64,000 nucleotides of DNA from Octopus sinensis (GCF_006345805.1 NC_043013.1:27962001-28026000), one strand, 5' to 3'. Counted from the stretch's first letter, positions 1 to 13,864 are shown. A program made the numbers and translations. The notes: generated by a model from the letters alone, not told the origin.

Positions 1-734
1 ATCAGTTTCATCAACAGGGTCACAAGATCTTATCTTTGGCTTAACAACTGACTTAGCATATGAAGCAATTTTCAGGGGTTGGAAAGAAAAAATGTTGCTT
101 TTAAAAAAAAAATGTTCACACACACACACATCTATATACATTCAAGAATATGTTTTCTTTTGTTCTGTCTGTCTGTCTGTCTGTCTCTCTCGTTTAAAAA
201 TTTTTTTTCCTTAGGATTTCATTCCAGACATTTTTATTCATTTCGGCTGTGAAATGCCGCTACTTGTGTTGTAATGAAATAAGTCTGTACAAAAGATGGA
301 TTGTTAGTAATATAATAAGAGAATATAATTTCCTAAGCCTAATAATTCATTGCAGCTTTTATCAAATAGCTTTCTGATAAATCATTTGAGTAATTGATAA
401 CTAGGTGTGCCTATGTCAGTTGATTTATTACAAACCACACTGTCTTTTAATATCCTAAAATAGCCAAACAACAAAACTGTAAATGTGATGTTAAATCTAA
501 TTTTAAGTTTAACCATAAACTATAAACTCTGCCTACTATAAAAGGTTGCGGAATATTCAATGTCAAGAAAGCACAGATTTCAAAAAATTATGTGTATGTT
601 AATATAAATACATACATATACCTATATAAATATATATATGCGTGTGTGTGTGTGTGTGTGTATATATGCATATATGTATGTGTATATATATATATACACA
701 CACACATAGGTGTGTGTGTGTGTGAGTATATATA

Positions 735-803
<69 letters not shown>

Positions 804-1238
804 ATATTTGTGTGTGCATGTTATATATATGTAAATGGCTTAGGTTCTTTGTATATTTCAAATCTCTTGTCTCAATTTAAACAACAATTGGAAGTAAAAA
901 GGAAACAAAATGAAATATTTCTGTGATTAGAGAAGAAAACTTCATTTGCCTCCAACATACACTCCGTGTGTGTGTGTGTGTGCGTGTGTGAGGGGAAGTA
1001 GCAACAACACAAATACTAAAACAAGAAAAATATTTCCAATGTAGACTTTTAAATGATTTACTAGTTACAGCGGCATAAAGAAAAACACACTAACATACCC
1101 GCATGCATGCATACACATGCACACACAAAATTAAAATGGAAGATAAAGTCATTGCAAGCATGATGGATGATTTATATAGGTTTAAAAGAAACACATATAT
1201 ACATACATGTGTTAGAGTATGTGTGCATATATATATAT

Positions 1239-1306
<68 letters not shown>

Positions 1307-1315
1307 TTGTGTGTG

Positions 1316-1362
<47 letters not shown>

Positions 1363-1429
1363 TATAATATATATATCTATATCTATCTATCTATCTATAT
1401 ATATATATCTAACTATCAATCTATTTATC

Positions 1430-1461
<32 letters not shown>

Positions 1462-2157
1462 TATATATATATATATATATGATGTATGTGTGTGTACGTA
1501 TATATGTATGTATGTATGTATGTATGTACAAAGATATACCTGTATAGATGCACATAAGCATGCTTGTATATTAAAGTATGAGTATGAATATATAATGTAC
1601 AACACTTGGCAGTTCTACGTGTGTCATATAAGAACAGAATGAGTGGGTCGGAAAGAAGAGTGTATGTATATATGTGAGTGCATATTTGTGTGTGTGTGTG
1701 TGTGTGTGTGTATGGGGAGAGAAAGAGAGGGAGAGAGAGAGATAAAGGTTTAATTGACTTTGAGGATGGACCAATAAATCAAAATTTCTAAGAGTCAAAT
1801 GGTTTGAAATGTGATCAGAATAAATACTCTTTCTCACCTTCCCACTCTCTTTCTCTCGTTCTTTGACGCAAATGCCAAAACACACTTCTTCTACCTCCAC
1901 CTTTCCTCACCCCATCCAACCTCGTCATATACCTACACATACAAACACACACACAACATAGACACAATCATACAAACACTTGGAATAGAGTAGGCATTCT
2001 CCTGCTTGTACCAAATACACTTCCTTTTACATATAAAATACACTTTATACCTCCTATCTCTTTTTATTTTTCTTCTATATAATTAACCTTTGATGTCCTC
2101 ACACACCCTCCCAATGGTTTATAGTTTTTTCCTTGCAATCTGCATGTGTACAGTTCT

Positions 2158-2288
2158 TCATTGTAGAATACAATAATATATAGCCAAAACTATGCGGCCA
2201 CGACGACCACCACCACCATTGCTACCACCACCACCATTGCTACCACCTCCATCACCACCACCACCACCACATGTTCCATTTTGGCTGT
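2158..2288 (-). CDS. Candidate phase-1 terminal exon (SQNGTCGGGGGDGGGSNGGGGSNGGGGRRGRIVLAIYYCILQ*)
   Basis: Strong pyrimidine tract cttcattctttcattacctctttctatacctccttcacAG| followed by an open Gly-rich frame to TGA. The Gly run could simply be a (GGT)n microsatellite. Confidence 0.2.
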
Positions 2289-2793
2289 CTGTGAAGGAGG
2301 TATAGAAAGAGGTAATGAAAGAATGAAGTACAGTTCCTGAAGCCATTTTCTTTCCTTCTTTTTTTTTTTACAGTTATTATTATTATTATTATTATTGCTT
2401 GACTCCAGGTCAGGTCTCACTAAACAGACCCATAATCAAAAGTGTTCTCTTTCCTTTTTTTTTTTTTGCCCCAAATATAATAGATTAAGGACTACATCGC
2501 CCATCATTTCTTTTCCCTTTTTTGCAAGATAGTAGGCTATGATTTGAAAGAGACCTGGTTCTTTATCTAATATGTTGAGCAATCATATCCGTTAAGCAGC
2601 TAATGATGGATGTATAACATTTGATGTGCAAATTGACTGCAAATCTGTATCCTGTGTTCTTGTGGTTTCAAGTTGCTCTTCATTGAAATTCCGGTTCTCA
2701 TAAGGTTCAACTTGCTTAGAGGTTCTCCATCCCTTGGCTTATGGTGGTTTTGCTGTTTAAATAATACAACTCAGTGATATTGCATCACTGTCT

Positions 2794-3152
2794 TTCATAA
2801 GGGTTCTAATTCTGGTGAGGATAATACTTCTTCAAGGGGTTTTAGTTTACCGAGGTTTTGTTGCTCATAATAGCTCCCCTACTGACATATTTTGAACCTA
2901 CAAGGGAAGAAGCTAAATGGCTGACTAAATTAAGATTTGGATTATCTTTTCTTCAATCAGGAATTCCAATCCTTCATAGGGGTTCTAATTCTAGTGAGGA
3001 TAATACTTCTTCAAGGGGTTCTAGTTTACAGAGGTTTTGTTGCACATAATAGCTCCCCTACTGACATATTTTGAACCTACAAGGGAAGAAGCTAAATGGC
3101 TGACTAAATTAAGATTTGGATTATCTTTTCTTCAATCAGGAGTTCAAATCCA
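2794..3152 (+). repeat. 179-bp tandem duplication (2 copies)
   Basis: cataag/catagg-ggttctaattct at 2796 and 2975; about 95% identical by eye. It explains the twin ORFs 2858 and 3037 in the track. Confidence 0.95.
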
Positions 3153-3620
3153 CTCAAGCATTCTGAATCATGTTTCTGACAACACTTTATTCTATATAAA
3201 TTCAGTGAAGCTAACTGTAGGGAACAGGGTCCAGAATTTTAAGGATACATTCAGGATGACTAATGACTTGATAATGTAACTATGACCAGGAAGGATTAAA
3301 CAACAGACTAGAAAGAAATACTGTAGCATAGATAAGCTTAAGCTCTTGTTAATTTACTGTTGTGAATAAAATTCAGCTGCAACATGCTGATACCTCATTC
3401 AGTGGAAATATATCTTTTATCAATGTAACATCAAAATAATTGAAGTTAAGTGATAGACTAGTGAATAACAGAGGCTTATAAAAAGATTAAAGGCATACTT
3501 TTATGTGGGTTAGGAACATTTTGACATAATGGTAACTGGAACACAAACTAGGGCTTGATCAACTTTGGCTGGGTTCCTGGGTGAGGTTTCCTGAATTTTA
3601 AAAAACCTCCAACACCTATT

Positions 3621-3775
3621 GAAATAATGTACATTATTTACATTTGACGGATATTTGTCCTCATCTTGTTTGTTGTTAACACAATGTTTCAGCTGATACA
3701 CCCTCCAGCCTTCATCAGGTGTCTTGGGGAAATTTCGAACCTGGGTTCTCATTCCTAAGGTATTTTTTGATATTA
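3621..3775 (-). mobile_element. Penelope-like terminal-repeat fragment carrying a minimal hammerhead motif
   Basis: Minus strand reads GACAC-CTGATGA-AGGCTG..CAGCT-GAAAC-ATT-GTGTT. PLE terminal repeats are known to carry minimal hammerheads. Confidence 0.55.
3678..3723 (-). ncRNA. Minimal type I hammerhead ribozyme relic, probably inactive
   Basis: Core boxes CUGAUGA and GAAA, stem I GACAC/GUGUU, stem II GGCUG/CAGCU. The helix-III palindrome reads ACAU rather than ACGU. Confidence 0.55.
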
Positions 3776-4870
3776 TTATTCTTATTATTATTATTCAGAT
3801 CACAAGTTTGATTCCAAGCAGTGACCTGAACAACAACAATGCCGCCACCGCCGCCGACGCCAAAGCCTGCACTGGATTTCTGGGACTGTTTTGGCAGGAT
3901 TTTTACAGCTCGATGCCCTTCCTAACACCAACCACTCAGCAGAGTGGACTTAGTGCTTTTTACATGGCAGAAGCACAGGTGAGGTCAGTTTTGGCGAAGT
4001 TTTTACAGCTGGATGCCCTTCTGAACACCAACCACTTTACAATGTGGACTGGGTGCTTTTAAGTGGCACCTGCACTGACAGGGTCACCAAGTACTTGCAA
4101 GGCAAAAACTTTTAAGAGGGGAGGAAGCACTGGAGGAGATGATGATGAAAAGGCTATAATGAGACAGATATAGGTATCTTGCTGAAGAGGAAGTACAAGA
4201 ATACCAAGCTGGAGAGAGAAAGATCAGGAATGAAGACAGAAACAGGTGTGCTACCACAATGAAAATACACAGTTGCCAGGGGAAAATCTACCAGGTTCTT
4301 GAAAAATGAACTACAACAAAAATATGTTCACCCACACAAAGATTCATAGCAAAAGTGTGTGGACAGTTTATCAAAATATATCTTACTATAAACAGTTGAA
4401 TGAAAAAGCAATTGACTGAGGCAACAGTTGCTTGAATCAACAATTAATTGAATAACAGCAAATATTATAACTATTTTCTTTTTAAAATGTTATAGTGTTA
4501 TATTTTATTAAAATGTAAAACAATTAACAAAAAACAAAACACTTGATCGAAGTGCCACAAAATAGCAGAATTCAACTAAGTGTCTTAAAAAGCTCACTGA
4601 ATCATTTTATGAGTACTCTAATATAACTCACTATTTATGTGCAGTTGCCCATAGCATAAAATTATAATACTTGTTTGTTTATTTTCTTGAGTATTTTTTT
4701 TTATAATTTCATTGAATGGCTAAGTTTTTTTTTTAATCTTGTAAAAAAAAACATTAGCATAGTTTTCAAATATTGATTCAATTGCCACAGATTTTGAACC
4801 AGCTATGACAAAGGCCATAAAGAAATATTAACATAAAATACACTGGTTTTAGACTGTAAACATAAACAAT

Positions 4871-4904
<34 letters not shown>

Positions 4905-5715
4905 TCATATATATATTGTATGACATTTTGATACAAAAAAAATTATTTTAGTAAAACGTGACAATACAACCTTTTCCTTTTACCTATTTTCGGTATTTTG
5001 AATATTTGCTATAATTCAATTAATCGTTAATTCACACAACTGTTACTTTGATCAATTGTTTTGTTGTTTCTTTTTGTTCTTTTTGTTCAACTGTTTCCAA
5101 ATTGTATTTCAATCAACTGCCTTCTTTGATAAATTGATGGCAAACCTTACAGTAGCAAAATATCATTCAGCTATTGATGGCTATTATAATTTAATTGTGC
5201 CAACTATCTCTTCCTTTGCACTCTTACAATTCCCCACTCCTCCTCCTCCTCCTTCTCCTCTTCCTCCTCTGTCCTGTATCCCCTGCCTGTATCCTCTCTT
5301 GCTCCCTGAGCATTTGTTCCAGCACCTCATCTTGTCTCCTTCCCAGCTATTTCAACCCTTATATAATACGTCTTCACTATAGCAAGACACCTTGCTATAA
5401 TGCTTGTCCCTCAAGAATACTTTGACACCCTCCAACCCAACACCTGGCATAACCACACCACCACCACCAAGCTGGAGACTTTTCCTTTTCCATTTCTTGT
5501 TCTTTTCCTGTCTTACAAATTACTTGGCAACCTCACTGGTGCTGGTGTCATGAAAAAAGAAAAAAAACAAATCACCCAGTACTCTCAGTAAAGTGGTTGG
5601 TATTAGGAAGGGTATCCAACCATAGAAACCATGCCAATTCTGATACTAAAGCTTGATGTGGCCCTTGGGCTGGCAAAATCCTGTCAAATCATCCAACACA
5701 CATCAGCATGGAAAA

Positions 5716-5750
<35 letters not shown>

Positions 5751-5787
5751 AATGATGTTGATGAGGATGATAATGAAGAAGACAACA

Positions 5788-5831
<44 letters not shown>

Positions 5832-6244
5832 ATAAAATGTATTCAAATATTGACCGAAATATGTCAAAGCAAAAATATCCTTTTTGTTTCCATTTATTAA
5901 ATTTTGGGTTAATATTTGCATCAAATACATTATCTGATTATGTAATAGAATGGTAACAGAGAGTGCTTATTGAACATAACTCTAGTTGGAGATAATTTGG
6001 AAGTTGTCATGGTCTGTGGACTGCAAGCACCATAGAACAGTGTTAAACAACAGACAAGGCGAGTCTGTGATGCAGGTCTGATCTCCAACTCCTCACTTAT
6101 TCTTTATATCTCTGATCAATAGTGTTTGAGTTGGAGAATGTGTGGGTGTCATGCTAACATCACCATGTAGCACAACACACTGGGAAGAAATCTTTCGGTG
6201 TTAGTGGCCCTACAACATGTTACAGTTTATGGAAAAGAGTAATT

Positions 6245-6317
<73 letters not shown>

Positions 6318-8691
6318 GGAAAGAGACAGAAGGGTGAGTGTGTGAGAGAGAGAAAGATTAAAGAGAGGGAAGGAGAGTGCAAGAGAGAGTAAAAGAGAGG
6401 AAGGTGAGAGAGAGATGGAGAGGGAGAGAGAGAGATTGGCAGTGTGTGTTAAAACATATCCGAGGTTATAGATCATGATGGACTCATAATATTTCTTTGT
6501 TGAAGATGATGCTTGATGAAAAGAAAATACTGTAGCTGATAGTGCTAATAGTAAGTCAATGCTAATATTGGTGCAAACTGTGATGATGATGATGATGATG
6601 ATGGTAGTGGTGGTGGTGGTGGTGGTGGTGGTGGTGATTGGAGAAGTGTGAAAATAGTGGTAATGATAACATACTAGCAAAGGAAATAGCAACACAGTAT
6701 GTTTATTTCTGAAGATGTGGATTGATAGCTAATGATGATGTTAAGGTAAAGGCAGTCAGTTGTTAGTGGTAGTGGTAGTGGTATTATAGTTGCTGCTGAT
6801 GCTGAAGATGATGCCGACAACAATAATGAATGCAGAATATCAAAACAAAAATTTGAGACAAGAAGTAGTAAAAAAAACAAAAAACAAAAAAAAAGCAAAA
6901 AAAAAAAACAAAGAGAGCAACTAAACATGCAGACGAGAAGAGCTAATTGTAATTTCAAAGACAATGAAGAAATTATGCAGTTATTCCATTGCCCAAAGCT
7001 TTTATTGGAAGTCGAATTACAATGAATTATATTTCAACAACAATAGTTAGGGTGACAGGATATTGATCATAATAATGTTTGATATTAAATTCCACCAAGC
7101 CAAGGTGATTAAGATAACCCTGGCTAAAATATTGTGTGCTTATTATTAAATCACAATGTGTGTGTATACATACATAAACACATACATATACATCTATATA
7201 TGAGTATGTATATATAGATATGTACTTATATATGTATAAATAGATATGTACTTATATATGTATATATACGTAAATAAGTGTATGTGTACACACACACACA
7301 CACACACAAACATATATAAGGAGGGGAGGATGCGTTTTCATTAGTTTGTGTGTGTGTGTGTGTTTATCTTTCATCACTATATCTTAGTGGAAGATGCAGA
7401 CACTGATGAGGAAAACCACAAAACTGATGTGGGAAGCAGAATCACTTGAAAGACACTCCCTAGATTCTGTTTCCTTGATTCTGTTGTAAGGTTGGGAGTG
7501 AATGGCCTGATGAAAGCCCTTAACTAATCTGACTATTATTTACTAACAATAATATTTTTTATACACCCAGGACTAATACCCTTTTTTTTTTTTTTTTTAG
7601 GAGGGGTAGCCACAACAAGACATGCACCAGGCATTCCATTCATTTCCCAGCTCAAAGAGGCGAGCCCTGTTCTTTGCTCATGTCAGGGCATAGAACGCAA
7701 ATCCTGTATCAACAGCAGGGCTTGACATTATATGCTGGTTTACCCCCGCCCGCATCATGCTGGTTCCATACCCCTTTGAACAATATCAAATTCACTCATC
7801 TGTCCACAAACACTCTCCAATTAAATATATATACACACACGCATACAAATACCTATATAAATATATATAAATATACTTATATAGGTAATTTTCTGTATGT
7901 GTATATGAACACCAATACTTATACACACATACAGACACACACACACACACACACAAATATATAGGTAATTATGTGTGTGTATATGGACACACATTATACA
8001 TTGTTATAAATCCGTCTAATAAAGGCCCGAAACATATGTACCGCTGAATCCTTGGCATCATGTTTTTATTTTGATTAATATATATATATATATATATAAA
8101 CATCAATACTTGTGTGTGTGTAAAAGTATCGTTGTTTGACTCTTTGCCCTGAAACAATTCCAAAATTTTGAAATTTGGCATAGAAATTCAAATTCATTCT
8201 AGAATAATGCATGAAGGAAACAAAAGCAGGTCAAGAATCCTCAACCTGTAGGACAATATCTGTATATTTCATTATAGCATGACCAACTACAAACGTACAC
8301 ACACACACATGCCCTTTGAGTTTGACAATCTGTCACCATGACAACAAGCACTGTCCATAGATGTCCTTATAAATATACAGTCTTTTGATTTCTATGTTTT
8401 CGATGAATGCTTCATTACATATAAGATTTTCTGTCTAATTCCATTTCTCAATGAACCGTTACCTATAAAAAAACCTCCTCTAAGTGATTTAAGTTTAATA
8501 TATAAAAAAAAAAGGGTCAACACTACACAAATATAAACATCAAAGTTATTCTTTTGATTTCCATGTTTTGTACATCAAGATTTGTTAAGTACATTAGAGA
8601 GTGCTGCTGAAAAAAAAAAATGTTTTCAAATTGAGAGTAAGTCTGTCTTTAACATCTGTCCAAATTTATTTCTATGAATTGCTTAAGGCAC

Positions 8692-9220
8692 AGGAGTGGC
8701 TGTGTGGTAAGTAGCTTGAAGCAAAAGTCGGGGGGGGCGCTTTCTGACTTCTCCCATCACCATCTTCATCCACCACCACCATCATCCATTAATGTCTTTG
8801 TCCAGCCCGTAGCTACTCTGTGTGCTGCCCTTGTGGCAAATTAAATGAAATAAAGTAGCTTGCTTACCAACCAAATGATTCCGGGTTCAGTCCCACTGTG
8901 TGGCACCTTGGGCAAGTGTCTTCTACTATAGCCTTGGGCCGACCAAAGCCTTGTGAGTGGATTTGGTAGACGGAAACTGGAAGAAGCCTGTCATATATAT
9001 GTATCTATATGTGTGTGTTTGTGTATCTGTGTTTGTCCCCACCAATATCGCTTGTCAACCGATGCTGGTGTGTTTGCATCCCTATAACTTAGCGGTTTGG
9101 CAAAAGACACCGACAGAATAAGTACTAGGCTTACAAAGAATAAGTCCTGGGGTTGATTTGCTCAACTAAAGACAGTGCTCCAGCATGGCTGCAATCAAAT
9201 GACTAAAACAAGTAAAAGAG
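8692..9220 (+). mobile_element. tRNA-derived SINE (family A), interrupted by a 134-bp insertion
   Basis: Head aggagtggctgtgtggtaagtagcttgcttaccaacc..gggttcagtccc, CORE-like ccttgggcaagtgtcttc, internal TA/TG tract, tail ..ccagcatggc..aagtaaaagag. Many copies of this family occur in the window. Confidence 0.9.
8719..8852 (+). mobile_element. Short 5'-truncated retro-insertion with a 10-bp target-site duplication
   Basis: AAGTAGCTTG at 8709-8718 and 8853-8862 flanks the insert, which ends A-rich (..gcccttgtggcaaattaaatgaaata). Confidence 0.85.
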
Positions 9221-9429
9221 TAACTCTTTAGTATTCAAACCAACTGTATCTGGCCTAAATATTCTACCTGTTTTATGTTCAAATCAGTCGGGTCCAGCCC
9301 CACACATCTACTCTAAAATGTCCTTCTAAAAATAAGCAATCATTATCCAAAAATCTCAAGGCTATAAGAAAATGCCTGGTTAATTCAAAACCATATGAAT
9401 CAATAAGCATTATGTTTGATAGAATAATA

Positions 9430-9665
9430 AGGCGGCGAGCTGGCAGAATTGTTAGCGCGCCAGGCGAAATGCTTAGTAATATTTCGTCTGCCGTTACGTT
9501 CTGAGTTCAAATTCCGCCAGGTCAACTTTACCTTTCATCCTTTCAGGGTCGATAAATTAAGTACCAGTTACGCACTGGGGTTGATGTAATCGACTTAAAC
9601 CCTTTGTCTGTCCTGGTTTGTCTCCTCTATGTTTAGCCCCTTCTGGGCAATAAAGAAATAAGAAT
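9430..9665 (+). mobile_element. tRNA-derived SINE (family B)
   Basis: ggcggcgagctggcagaattgttag..gagttcaaattccgcc..cctttcatcctttc..gtaccagt. Related copies at ~27570-27785, 31331-32545, 33385-33600, 41225-41900, 52720-52920 and 55305-55500. Confidence 0.88.
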
Positions 9666-10856
9666 AATCTGAATGCTGAAGAGTTAATAAAAGAAACAGA
9701 AAGAGTACAGTAAATTTCCTGATGGAAATGGAAAATCCAATGTTTTGGACTGAATCGTTCTTCAGAGTTAAAGAGGAAGAAACTAAAAGAAAGACAGGAG
9801 AGTTTTACATCCTATGTATTTGAGAAACTGGAACGCATGACAACTGCTTAATAACTTAACTTCTGACTTTCACCAAACTCAAAAAACTATTTACCAATTC
9901 CATGCAGACTGTCTCTCTCTGTTTCTAGCATAATTACATGTCAGTGTCCCTCTTCGCTTAACTTCATTTCCTCATAACTTTCTTAATTATGTAAATTTTT
10001 ATAATCAAATTTTGGAGAGATACTTTTTCAGACATAGCTACTTCTTCTCTTCATAACTTTCTTAATAATGCAAATTTTTTTAAAAAACGTTTTTCAGAAA
10101 AACATTTTAAAAGGTATAGATTAAGATTATGCTGATCAAATTTTAAAAAAAAGCTGTTTTTACATCATAGAAGCCTGAAAAGCATTCAACTTATCTGCAT
10201 TAAAATGAAAAATATATGCACATATATTTCTATATAAAATAAACACATAATAATTAAATCATTTAACAAAAATAATCTAAAAATTTCAATCCAATTTGCA
10301 CCAGGGTAATTCCAATAACTCTGGTTGCATAAATGTGCATATGAATAAAAACACTGCTAGAATAGTATCTACCAGAGCAGGGCATCATATATATAAATGT
10401 TATTAGATATGGAAGCAGTATTAGTTCAAAATAACATTATGTACATCTCATTTGACATGGCTATACTGTAGAAAGCCAGAAAACTGTGGTATTCATCATG
10501 AGGAAACATCTTGTATAGACGTTAAGTGTAGCAACAACAATAAAGGATTACACACACACACGTTCAAGTAAAACTGTTGGATTGTATCTTAATACATTTC
10601 TTATCTCAAATCTTCTCTATCATTACAATTATAAAAAACAAGAGTTGTTATATCACAACAGTTACTATGTACCCAAACATGTATGTAATAGTTTAAATGG
10701 CTTGTCTAAACAACAGGATTTTATTTAAATTCAAAGCAACTAAATCTTTCATTCTGCATTTGAAGCCTCCATGTTCATTTATGCCCACAGTTGGTAGGGG
10801 TTTCAAGAAACTGGAGGACAAGAAAAATCCTTTCAGGCAGTTGGGAAAGAGAGGAA

Positions 10857-11152
10857 CATCACACAAAAGCAATTGGTTATTTAATCAAGTGGAATATGAA
10901 TTTTAAATTCTAATACATTTCTGCATATTTGCTTAACTTTATTGTAAATATTAAAATGATTTAATTGATGACTGGTTTCAAAGAGAAGAAACTATTCTTT
11001 GCTGGTTCGTTAAGTTTTGCATTCTTAAGTAGATTATAACAATGAAAGCTGGGAGAACTATAAACCACACTTTATATTCGATTTCAATAAATCATCCTCA
11101 TTATTACTTTAAAGGTTTAGATAGGAGGAATTACAGTGGAAATAGTTGATAA
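10857..11152 (+). repeat. 296-bp dispersed duplication, copy 1
   Basis: Matches 22599-22894 with only two differences seen. Confidence 0.95.
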
Positions 11153-12115
11153 AATTTATGAGCAACTAATAAGCATGGATCACATACACTCACTTTGATG
11201 TTGTTTTATCAGTTTTTGTAAAAGAGAATATGATGTGACAAATCTTAAAATAATCTTATTGCATGCTGATGGAGTCAATTCTGTCATTTGAAACACAGGT
11301 AATAGAAAAACATTGATATATTTTATTTCTCTTTGTAACTGAATCTAAACAATTCATTGAACATTCTTACTTAATCTTATTCAATTACTTATACTCTCCT
11401 TAACTACATGTAATATCTGCTTAAACTATCTTACTGGTCATTTCCAATGCTTTACAATCTCCTGACTGTTGCTTCAATACAATGGGACCCTATTATATGT
11501 AAACGTGGAATTGAATACATGGTAACTACACAATTTCATTCTGGTGTGTAAGACGACATACATGGTGTTGCTAATGTATTCAATAACCTGAAATACTAAA
11601 GAATCTTTGGGCTATATTCATAATCCTTATATTTTGGGGGAGGAGGGGTAGTCAATTACATCACCACCACCCCCATGCTTAACTGGCACTTGTTTGATTG
11701 GCCCTGATAGGAGAAAAGACAAAACCAGCCTTGGCAAAACTCAAAATGTAAAGAGCTGGAAGAAATTCAAAAGAATTATCATTATTATTATTATTATTAC
11801 AATTTGGGGTTGTACTGCACATTGGTCAGTCCTTAAATGACTTCACAGAGTGGACTGGGAGTTTTTACACGGCACTGCACAGGTGCTTTTTTATAGTAAG
11901 CGATGTTGTTTGTTTCTAGTCTTCAGCGGAAAACGTATTTCGCCATGGAGAAATATCACCTTGCTTCAAAACAGGCGAGGGTTGGTGACTGGAAGGGCAT
12001 TTGGCTGTATAAAATCTGCCTCAACAAAATACTGTCTGACCCACACCAGCATGGAAACGTGGACATTAAATGATACTAAACATACACATACATACTTACA
12101 TAATGTATGTATGTA

Positions 12116-12150
<35 letters not shown>

Positions 12151-12669
12151 GGGTACAGGATATCACCAACGGTGCAAATAACATGGAATACGTAAACAAA
12201 CAAGGGAAAAACGAGTGAAATACGTAAACAATGAGAAAAAATAGAAAACAGGACAAGTAAACACAGAGAAAGGACCCTTCATCAGTTGTCGGCTGTCTAT
12301 CTACTCATCATTTCAAACATTCAACGACATATAAATAACTGACGGTGAATAAAATCAAGAGTGTGTTGTGTTCCATTAATTAATAAGTTAAAAAGTGCAC
12401 AAACGAAAAATAGACTGAGAATAGCAAGTTAAAAAACATAGTAAATCCACAGATGAATGGAAAACTGACACAGAAGGTCCCCAATTCCTCATCAGTTAAA
12501 AGCCAAAAAGCACAAAATTGCATCAGACCCACTGGCCAATAACTGATGAGGAGTCAGGGACCTTCTGTGTCTGTTTTCTGTTTGTCTGTGCATTTACTAT
12601 GTTTTTTAACTTGCCATTCTGTGTCTGTTCTTTGTTTACTATTACTTTTAAAACTTATATATATATATA

Positions 12670-12895
12670 CTCTTTACTCTTTTACTCTTTTACTTGTTTC
12701 AGTCATTTGACTGCAGCCATGCTGGAGCACCACTTTTAGTTGAGCAAATCGACCCCCGGGACTTATTCTTTGTAAGCCCAGTACTTATTCTATCGGTCTC
12801 TTTTGCTGAACCGCTAAGTGACGGGGATGTAAACACACCAGCATCGGTTGTCAAGCAATACTAGGGGGACAAACACACACACAAACATGCATATA
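12670..12895 (-). mobile_element. SINE family A, 3' half
   Basis: Reverse complement of 9030-9220. Confidence 0.9.
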
Positions 12896-13530
12896 TCATC
12901 ATCATCATCGTTTAACGTCCGTTCTCCATGGACGGTTCGACCGGGGATCTGGGAAGCCAGAAGGCTGCACCAGGCTCCAGTCTTATCTGGCAGTGTTTCT
13001 ACAGCTGGATGCCCTTCCTAACGCCAACCACTCCGTGAGTGTAGTGGGTGCTTTTTACGTGCCACCTGCACAGGTGCCAGGCGAGGCTGGCAACGGCCAC
13101 GGTCGGATTGGTGTATTTTATGTGCCACCGGCACGGAAGCCAGACGAGGGATCCTGGCTGGTTCAATTCGATTTCGATTTCGCTTGCCCCAACATGTCTT
13201 CACAAGCAAAGGGGGTTGGCAAGGGTGCCTGTCGTACGGTCGCATTGGAGTATTTTACGTGCCACAGCCACGAGTCGGATAGTGCTTTTTACGTACCACC
13301 AGACCAGGGAACCTGGCTGGTTCAATTCGATTTCGCTTGCCCCAACATGTCTTCGCAAGCAAGGGGGTTGGCATGGGTGCCTGTTGTACGGTCAGATTGG
13401 TGTATTTTACGTGCCACCGGCACGGAAGCCAGTGGAGGTGGCGCTGGCATCGGCCACGAGTCGGATAGTGCTTTTTACGTACCACCAGACCAGGGATCCT
13501 GGATGATTCAATTCCATTTTGACTTCGATT
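12896..13530 (-). mobile_element. (GAT)n-tailed SINE-like element (family D) with expanded internal diverged subrepeats
   Basis: Reverse of ..ggcgttaggaagggcatccagctgtagaaac..gacgttaaacgatgatgat. Internal repeats are built on ttttacgtgccacc / gttcaattcgatttcg. Confidence 0.85.
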
Positions 13531-13549
13531 ATATATATATATATATATT

Positions 13550-13603
<54 letters not shown>

Positions 13604-13681
13604 CATATATATATATCATATGATATATATCTAATATATATATATATATGTATACATATACATATATATATATATTATATG

Positions 13682-13719
<38 letters not shown>

Positions 13720-13832
13720 ATATATATCTATATATATATATATATAATATTATATATATATGTATTATTATATTATATATATATATATAGATATATATAT
13801 CTATAGATATATATCTATTATGTATATTATAT

Positions 13833-13864
<32 letters not shown>

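Noticed and set aside
6082-6137. Hairpin tctccaactc..gagttggaga as a pre-miRNA candidate
   Set aside because: Only ~10 contiguous pairs plus a short inner stem, no basal stem extension, and no small-RNA evidence available.
12993-13634. 213-aa ORF and overlapping ORFs at 13018-13506 and 16200-16513
   Set aside because: They are products of internal tandem repeats of family D elements running into TA, with no protein motif.
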